A model generated the notes under the pieces. That model made no database searches and was not told where the DNA came from. It worked only from the letters and a program-made list of their open reading frames with translations. From Pseudomonadota bacterium (GTDB lineage Bacteria; Bdellovibrionota; UBA1018; CAIMNF01), in contig JAIYBN010000004.1 in the NCBI GenBank assembly GCA_027488515.1, positions 177,252 through 241,251 on the forward strand: 64,000 bases of DNA, given 5' to 3'. A program made the position numbers and the translations under genes. This document shows positions 57,021 to 64,000 of the stretch, one piece after another (position 1 is the stretch's first letter; each line of letters starts with the position of its first letter).

Positions 57021-58241
57021 ATGAAGCGTTTTGCATTTCATCTCGGATTTCTTTCGACCTGTTTCATCCTGTCTGGAGCCTTTCCGGCATTCGCCCAAGG
57101 CAACTCCCGGACCCTGGTCCGCATTCAAGGATCTGAGATTCCCGGGTCCGAGCCGGGATTCGAGATGGATGACGCCGACCGGGGATCCTTCGAAGCGGGA
57201 TCCCGTGAGGGCTTGAAGGCGGCCCTGACCCGTCAGCTCGAACGCTGCCAGGACGACAAGGCCGTTTGGAACTTTGCGGGGAAAAAGATCACCCAGAAAC
57301 GGTGGTGTACGGATACTGCGAACTGGTTTCTCTCCAAGCTGAAGACCGTGAACAGTCTCGATGAATTGCTCGCACTCGCCAGGACCGAGCTCGAGTGGTA
57401 CCGGTCCACGGGCAAGCCCGACTCCGGGGACGTGCAGTTCACCGGGTACTTCAATCCGATCCATCGCGCGAAGGCCAAGCGAGAAGGTGTTTATCAGTAC
57501 CCCATCTACCGTCTTCCGCCCGATATCCGGAGTCCTTACTTCACCCGGGAGCAGATCGAGAAGGGGGCGTTGGCCGGTAAGGGGCTCGAGCTCGCTTGGC
57601 TCGACAATCCGGTCGATCCCTTCATCATGCAGGTTCAGGGTTCCGGAACGATCTTGATGGATCAAGGGGACGGTAAAGAAGTCCGCCTCAACATCAATTA
57701 TGCCGGTGAGAACGGACATCCTTACGTGTCGCTTGGAAAAGTGATGCGCGCCGCGGGCGTGCCCGAGGAGTACATCAGTCTCCAGGGGATCCGGAAATAC
57801 TTCCTCGAGGTTCACCCGGAAGAATGGTCGAAATTCTCGAATCAGAACCCGAGCTATGTCTTCTTCAAACAGGATGCGGACGGTCCCTACGGCTATTCGG
57901 GAGCGATCCTCACCCCCAAGCATTCCATTGCGGTCGATAAAACCGTGTTTCCGATGGGAGCCGTCGGAATGATCACTACGGAAAGGCCCTCGGTGATCTC
58001 CGGCGACCAGGCGGTGGCTTGGAAGCGGTTTTCACAGTTCATCGTGGCCCAGGACACCGGAGGCGCAATCAAAACTCCAGGAAGGGTCGACGTGTACTGG
58101 GGAGAAGGTGCTTATGCCGAAGTGGCTGCAGGCCGGACCGATCGCCTCGGAAACCTCTACTTCATGCTGGTGCCTTCGAACAAAAGGAAACTCAGCTCCG
58201 GATCCCGTGGCGCTCGAGTTCGCCGTTCAGGCCGCCACTGA
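57021..58241 (+). CDS. mltA: membrane-bound lytic murein transglycosylase A (MltA family, 3D domain)
   Basis: Signal peptide MKRFAFHLGFLSTCFILSGAFPAFAQG. MltA/3D-domain regions (FTGYFNPI, SIAVDKTVFPMG, AQDTGGAIK). The Arg-rich C-terminal tail overlaps the convergent gene. Confidence 0.8.
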   Translation: MKRFAFHLGFLSTCFILSGAFPAFAQGNSRTLVRIQGSEIPGSEPGFEMDDADRGSFEAGSREGLKAALTRQLERCQDDKAVWNFAGKKITQKRWCTDTANWFLSKLKTVNSLDELLALARTELEWYRSTGKPDSGDVQFTGYFNPIHRAKAKREGVYQYPIYRLPPDIRSPYFTREQIEKGALAGKGLELAWLDNPVDPFIMQVQGSGTILMDQGDGKEVRLNINYAGENGHPYVSLGKVMRAAGVPEEYISLQGIRKYFLEVHPEEWSKFSNQNPSYVFFKQDADGPYGYSGAILTPKHSIAVDKTVFPMGAVGMITTERPSVISGDQAVAWKRFSQFIVAQDTGGAIKTPGRVDVYWGEGAYAEVAAGRTDRLGNLYFMLVPSNKRKLSSGSRGARVRRSGRH

Positions 58242-58524
58242 AAAACAAGAACATCATTTTGAAGTCCGCCAAGAAAGACCAGCGTGGATACTTGAAGGTG
58301 GCAGGACGGTTCTTTTCGAATCCGAAATGTCCGGTCCATGCGAATCCGTAGCCGATCACCGGTGCGAGGAAAATCCAGGCCGGCGTCTGGCGGATGATGC
58401 ATCCTGTGAGCCACACGAGGCTGAGCAGGGTTCCGATCACATGCAGCCGTCGGCAGATGTCGTTGGAGTGTTGGGACAGGTAAAAAGGCCAGAATTCTTC
58501 GAATGTTCGGTAGTCCTTGCTCAT
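58192..58524 (-). CDS. DUF962-family small membrane protein
   Basis: 110 aa with two TM helices. Conserved pattern FEEFWPFYLSQHSN ... AWTGHFGFEKNRP ... FLADFKM. Confidence 0.55.
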   Translation of the reverse strand: MSKDYRTFEEFWPFYLSQHSNDICRRLHVIGTLLSLVWLTGCIIRQTPAWIFLAPVIGYGFAWTGHFGFEKNRPATFKYPRWSFLADFKMMFLFFSGGLNGELERHGIRS

Positions 58525-58537
58525 ACGGGAAGTGTAG

Positions 58538-59863
<1,326 letters not shown>

Positions 59864-59866
59864 ATC

Positions 59867-60340
59867 ATGAAAACTTTTACAGCTCTTGTGTTTTTCATCG
59901 GTCTTGTCCATTTGAGCCCCGCAGTGGCGGGTGAGGGTCAGGTTTCTGCTCCGAACGTGGTCGCACCAGCGACCACCACAGAGAGTGCCCCGGCTTCTGC
60001 CACGACTGTGGCGACCACCACGGCGACCACCGGTCAGCAGACGCTCGGTGCCCAGGCTCAGCCCGGTTTGTTGGGAATGGCGATGCCCTTCCTCATCATG
60101 CTCGGGATCATGTACTTCTTGATGATCCGCCCCCAGCAAAAGCGGATGAAGGAGCACCAAACGCTCATGTCCGGACTGAAGAAGGGCGACCAAGTGGTCA
60201 CTTCCGCAGGTATTTTCGGTACGATCTCCGAACTCGACGAGAAAACCGTGATGCTTGATGTTTCCAAGAATGTTTCGATGAAGGTGCTGAAAAGCCAGGT
60301 CAATCAGGTGCTCACCGGTCCTGTTCGCGAAATCCAGTAA
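59867..60340 (+). CDS. yajC: preprotein translocase subunit YajC with extended Thr/Ala-rich N-terminus
   Basis: YajC core GLLGMAMPFLIMLGIMYFLMIRPQQKRMKEHQTLMSGLKKGDQVVTSAGIFG. It follows tgt by 3 nt. An alternative shorter start is possible. Confidence 0.8.
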   Translation: MKTFTALVFFIGLVHLSPAVAGEGQVSAPNVVAPATTTESAPASATTVATTTATTGQQTLGAQAQPGLLGMAMPFLIMLGIMYFLMIRPQQKRMKEHQTLMSGLKKGDQVVTSAGIFGTISELDEKTVMLDVSKNVSMKVLKSQVNQVLTGPVREIQ

Positions 60341-60363
60341 TCCCCGCTCCAAGGAGTCCAGTC

Positions 60364-62067
60364 ATGTCTAAGAAATGGTGGGTGAAATTCACCCTGCTCA
60401 TCGTGGTCACTCTCTTCTCGGTCGCCTATGTGCTTCCGACTTTCAAGAAGACGGCTCCCGCCAAGGGAGCCTGGTTCTCCAAAAAGATCAACCTCGGTCT
60501 CGACCTTCAGGGTGGTCTTTACCTGGTGATGGGTGTCGACTTCAACAAGGTGTTCAAAGAGATCGCCGACCGTCAGTCTGGCTCACTCGGTGACCGCTTG
60601 AAAACCAAATCTGTGATCCTGGTCGATAACAAGGTGCGGACCGATGGAGTCCCCGGTGACGACCCCAGGATCGTGATCCGGTTCACAGCGGGCCAGAAGA
60701 AAGACGTCGGAGAATTGCTTTCGAAGGAATTCCCGAATCTCCGGATCACCGAAGACAAGCCGGATTGGTATGAGCTCGGTCTTTCCAACGACTATCGGAA
60801 CGACATCCGCGAGAAGACCGTGAACCAGAGCATCGAAGTGATCCGGAACCGGATCGACGAATTCGGTGTGGCCGAACCCCAGATTTCCTCCCAGGGGAAC
60901 GACCGGGTCGTGGTGGAACTTCCCGGAATCAAGGATGTGGACCGGGCCAAGGACCTCATCGGACGGACCGCCAAGCTCGAGTTCAAGATGGTGGACGAAG
61001 ACGGGTCGAGAAACGTGATGGTTTCGGATCTGATCGCCCAGATCGAAAAAGAAAAGAACCTGAAATACGAAGAGGGCGGCGCCCTCAAGTTCTCGGAATA
61101 TGTGCGTCAGATCAACGATGCGGCGAAGACGAAGATTCCCGCCGGTGACGAGATCGCTTTCGAGAAGTCCGAAATGGGCCGTACCCCGCTTCTCCTGAAA
61201 TGCAAGGCCGAAGTGACCGGTAACGATCTTCAGGACGCCCAGGTTTCATTCAACCAGGAATCCCGCAGGCCGGAAGTCTCTTTCGAGTTGAATCCTCGCG
61301 GGGCCGTGAATTTCGAAAAACTGACCGGAGACAACGTCGGCAAGCGTCTGGCGATCGTTCTCGACGGAATCGTCCACTCGGCTCCGAACATCAATTCCAA
61401 GATCGGTGCCCGGGGTGTGATCACCACCGGCCGTGGCGGATACGATGAAGCCTTGCGTGAGTCCAAGGACCTGGCCATTGTTTTGCGTGCCGGTGCCCTT
61501 CCTGCGCAGTTGGAGCTCATGGAACAGCGTGTGGTCGGACCGAGTCTCGGCGCGGATTCCGTCTCCAAGGGCGCTTTTGCGAGTGTTCTCGGCATTCTCG
61601 CGGTGTTCCTGTTGGCCGCTGTGTACTACCGGATCTCCGGTGTCATCGCAGTGATGTCATTGATGATGAACGTCGTTCTGGTGCTGGCCATTCTGGTCTG
61701 GCTCGAAGCGACGCTCACTTTGCCCGGTATCGCGGGTATCGCTCTCACCGTCGGGATCGCAGTTGACTCGAACGTCGTGATTTACGAGAGGATCCGGGAG
61801 GAGCTCGGGCTCGGGAAAACCATCGTTGCGGCGGTTGAAGCCGGATTCGACAAGGCTTTCAAGACCATTCTCGATGCGAACGTTGCGAACGGGATTGCCG
61901 CCATCATCCTGATGATTTACGGCACCGGCCCTGTGAAGGGCTTCGCAGTGACCATGATGATCGGGATTGTGACGACTCTGTTCACCGCGGTTTTCGTGTG
62001 CCGCGTGTTGTTCGACTATTATCTGAAGCGCATGGTAGACCGTGACGCGAAAACCCTCAGTATCTGA
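60364..62067 (+). CDS. secD: protein translocase subunit SecD
   Basis: RBS AAGGAG. Periplasmic domain plus 6 C-terminal TM helices. Conserved LDLQGG and GPSLGADS motifs. Confidence 0.95.
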   Translation: MSKKWWVKFTLLIVVTLFSVAYVLPTFKKTAPAKGAWFSKKINLGLDLQGGLYLVMGVDFNKVFKEIADRQSGSLGDRLKTKSVILVDNKVRTDGVPGDDPRIVIRFTAGQKKDVGELLSKEFPNLRITEDKPDWYELGLSNDYRNDIREKTVNQSIEVIRNRIDEFGVAEPQISSQGNDRVVVELPGIKDVDRAKDLIGRTAKLEFKMVDEDGSRNVMVSDLIAQIEKEKNLKYEEGGALKFSEYVRQINDAAKTKIPAGDEIAFEKSEMGRTPLLLKCKAEVTGNDLQDAQVSFNQESRRPEVSFELNPRGAVNFEKLTGDNVGKRLAIVLDGIVHSAPNINSKIGARGVITTGRGGYDEALRESKDLAIVLRAGALPAQLELMEQRVVGPSLGADSVSKGAFASVLGILAVFLLAAVYYRISGVIAVMSLMMNVVLVLAILVWLEATLTLPGIAGIALTVGIAVDSNVVIYERIREELGLGKTIVAAVEAGFDKAFKTILDANVANGIAAIILMIYGTGPVKGFAVTMMIGIVTTLFTAVFVCRVLFDYYLKRMVDRDAKTLSI

Positions 62068-62084
62068 CAGGAGAGGAACTTCAC

Positions 62085-63056
62085 ATGTTTCATCTGATTC
62101 GTCCTGATTCGAATATCGATTTCGTCGGCAAAAGGAAGATCTGGCTCGGATTGTCCGTGGTCATGATCCTTGCAACCTTCGTCCTGCTGTTCACCAAAGG
62201 CCTCAACTACGGAATCGACTTCACCGGTGGAGCCGAAGTCAAGGTGCGGGTTCCCCAAACCTGGGACACCGGCAAGCTGCGTTCCGTGCTTGAAAAGGGT
62301 GATGTCAACGGACTGAAGATCCTCGCTTTGGGTGACCCCAAGGACAGTGAGTTCATGATCCGTACCCAACAGCAGGAAGGCAAGGATCTCAATGTCGCGG
62401 TCAAGAAGATCGGTGACATTCTCGGTGCCGAATTGAAGGCGGGTGAGTTCGAGATCAAGGCCGCAGACATCGTCGGTCCTTCGGCAGGGGGGCTGCTCAG
62501 GAAGAACGGGTTTCTGGCCATGTTCTACTCCTTGATCGCGATCCTGCTTTACGTCGCGATTCGATTCGATTTCCGTTACGCTCCCGGTGCGATTCTCGCC
62601 CTTTTCCACGATGCCGTGATCGTCCTCGGGATTTTCATCCTGACAGGGAAGGAGTTCGATCTCACCGTGCTGGCTGCGATCCTGGCGCTGATCGGATACT
62701 CGAACAACGACACGATCATTGTTTATGACCGCGTCCGCGAGACCCTGAAAATGAATCCTTCTGCCACGATCGAACAAGTGGTGAACCAGTCGGTCAATCA
62801 GACCCTGGGCAGGACCATCATGACCTCACTCTCGACTTTTGTCAGTGTGGCGATGCTGTGGGCGTTCGGAGGCCATGTCCTCGAGCCTTTCGCTTTCGCA
62901 CTGATGTGCGGGATCGTGGTCGGGACTTATTCTTCCGTGTTCATCGCTTCCTCCATGGTGATCGTGTTGACGCACTACCGTGAAAACCAGAAGCGGACGG
63001 GTGGACGTAAGCGCCGTGAAGTGAAGCTCGCCCCGGAAGCTCACATCGGTATTTGA
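62085..63056 (+). CDS. secF: protein translocase subunit SecF
   Basis: RBS AGGAGAGG. GIDFTGG motif. 6 TM helices. Confidence 0.95.
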   Translation: MFHLIRPDSNIDFVGKRKIWLGLSVVMILATFVLLFTKGLNYGIDFTGGAEVKVRVPQTWDTGKLRSVLEKGDVNGLKILALGDPKDSEFMIRTQQQEGKDLNVAVKKIGDILGAELKAGEFEIKAADIVGPSAGGLLRKNGFLAMFYSLIAILLYVAIRFDFRYAPGAILALFHDAVIVLGIFILTGKEFDLTVLAAILALIGYSNNDTIIVYDRVRETLKMNPSATIEQVVNQSVNQTLGRTIMTSLSTFVSVAMLWAFGGHVLEPFAFALMCGIVVGTYSSVFIASSMVIVLTHYRENQKRTGGRKRREVKLAPEAHIGI

Positions 63057-63068
63057 TCCGGATTTCCG

Positions 63069-64000
63069 ATGCTCGAACATGAATGGATTTTTTCTGAATC
63101 TCCAGAAGGAGGGTCGCCCGAAGAGGCGGCCCTTTTTTTGTCCAAAAGCACCGGGCTCGGTCGACTGGCCGCCACGGTTTGCGTCAACCGGGGAATTGCG
63201 ACTCCCGAGGCGGTGAAGACCTTCTTGAATCCGAGGCTGGATTCCCTGACCCATCCGTTCAAGATCCGCGACATGGAGCAGGCGGCAAGGGAAATCCTGG
63301 AGAGCCAGGTTGGCGATCAGCCGAGGAATTTGCGGGTGTTCACGGACTACGATGTGGACGGGACGACAGGCGCAGCGCTCTTGACCTGGTTCTTCCGTGA
63401 CCTGGGTTTCCGTTTTGACGTGGTTCAGCCGGACCGTTTCCGGGACGGGTACGGGTTGCAAGTCCGTGCTGTCGAAGACGCCCATCGGGACGGGGTCGAC
63501 ATCCTGATCACCGTCGATTGCGGGATCACCAGTTTTGAGGCCGCTGAAAGGGCGCGTGAGCTCGGGATCCGCCTGATCATCGTGGATCACCATCAAATCG
63601 ACCCCGTCAAGGGGTTGCCGGCCGCTTTTGCGGCGGTCGATCCACAACGCTCCGACGATGAGTCGGGACTCAAGCAACTCTGCGGATGTGCGCTCGCTTT
63701 TTACCTTTGCATGGGTATCCGGATGCTCGGTCGCGAATCCGGTTTTTTCTCTTCACGGGGAACGGTCGAGCCCAACTTGAAGTCCTTGCTCGATCTGGTG
63801 GTGATCGCCACCGCAGCCGACATGGTTCCGCTCACCGGAGACAACCGTACTCTGGTGAAGCACGGTCTGGACGTCCTCCGGAACACCGAGAAGCCCGGGT
63901 TGCGGGAGTTGATGAAGGTGGCCGGGATCGAGGTGAAGAGTGTCGGACCCTCGAATCTCGGATTCGCGCTCGGGCCCAGGATCAATGCATCAGGCAGGAT
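63069..64000 (+). CDS. recJ: single-stranded-DNA-specific exonuclease RecJ, partial (3' end beyond window)
   Basis: DHH motifs VFTDYDVDGTTG, ILITVDCG and IIVDHHQ. Runs off the right edge, so it is absent from the ORF track. Confidence 0.9.
   Translation, partial: MLEHEWIFSESPEGGSPEEAALFLSKSTGLGRLAATVCVNRGIATPEAVKTFLNPRLDSLTHPFKIRDMEQAAREILESQVGDQPRNLRVFTDYDVDGTTGAALLTWFFRDLGFRFDVVQPDRFRDGYGLQVRAVEDAHRDGVDILITVDCGITSFEAAERARELGIRLIIVDHHQIDPVKGLPAAFAAVDPQRSDDESGLKQLCGCALAFYLCMGIRMLGRESGFFSSRGTVEPNLKSLLDLVVIATAADMVPLTGDNRTLVKHGLDVLRNTEKPGLRELMKVAGIEVKSVGPSNLGFALGPRINASGR

Overview
The window looks like a 64 kb piece of a GC-rich Gram-negative chromosome. Evidence for Gram-negative: lipoprotein lipoboxes, a Tat-secreted HiPIP, MltA and SecDF-YajC. 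It is roughly 60% GC by eye; I did not compute it. Coding density is high, with about 70 CDS that are often translationally coupled through ATGA/TGATG overlaps, plus five tRNAs: initiator fMet, Arg-TCT, Arg-CCT, Ala-GGC and elongator Met-CAT. Recognisable housekeeping genes include rluB, trpS-scpA-scpB, xerC/D-like, eno-ftsB, cspA, cysK, uppP, purA, gltP/dctA-like, pip, ROK kinase, mltA and the conserved tgt-yajC-secD-secF-recJ block. There is also a leucine/HMG-CoA catabolic cluster in which the methylcrotonyl-CoA carboxylase alpha subunit appears split into separate biotin-carboxylase and BCCP genes. Features worth a second look: (1) A roughly 3 kb AT-rich islet (about 1.5-4.6 kb) abutting the 3' end of tRNA-fMet, carrying an HxlR regulator, a quinone oxidoreductase and small secreted proteins. 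(2) A 1336-aa SWIM-Snf2 helicase operonic with a tyrosine recombinase, divergent from a HiPIP gene coupled to an 872-aa HEAT-repeat protein whose C-terminus carries a HEPN-like RNxxAH motif. (3) A DAC (diadenylate-cyclase)-like protein with the catalytic RHR motif changed to RSR. (4) Several c-di-GMP proteins: an HD-GYP with a GFP variant motif, a PilZ-(degenerate HD-GYP) fusion and a YcgR-like PilZ flanking tRNA-Met. (5) A putative periplasmic copper-centre assembly operon (TlpA-like, YtkA/FixH-like, beta-barrel). No CRISPR array, rRNA, transposase or phage structural gene was seen. All functional calls rest on motif recognition by eye and not on database searches.
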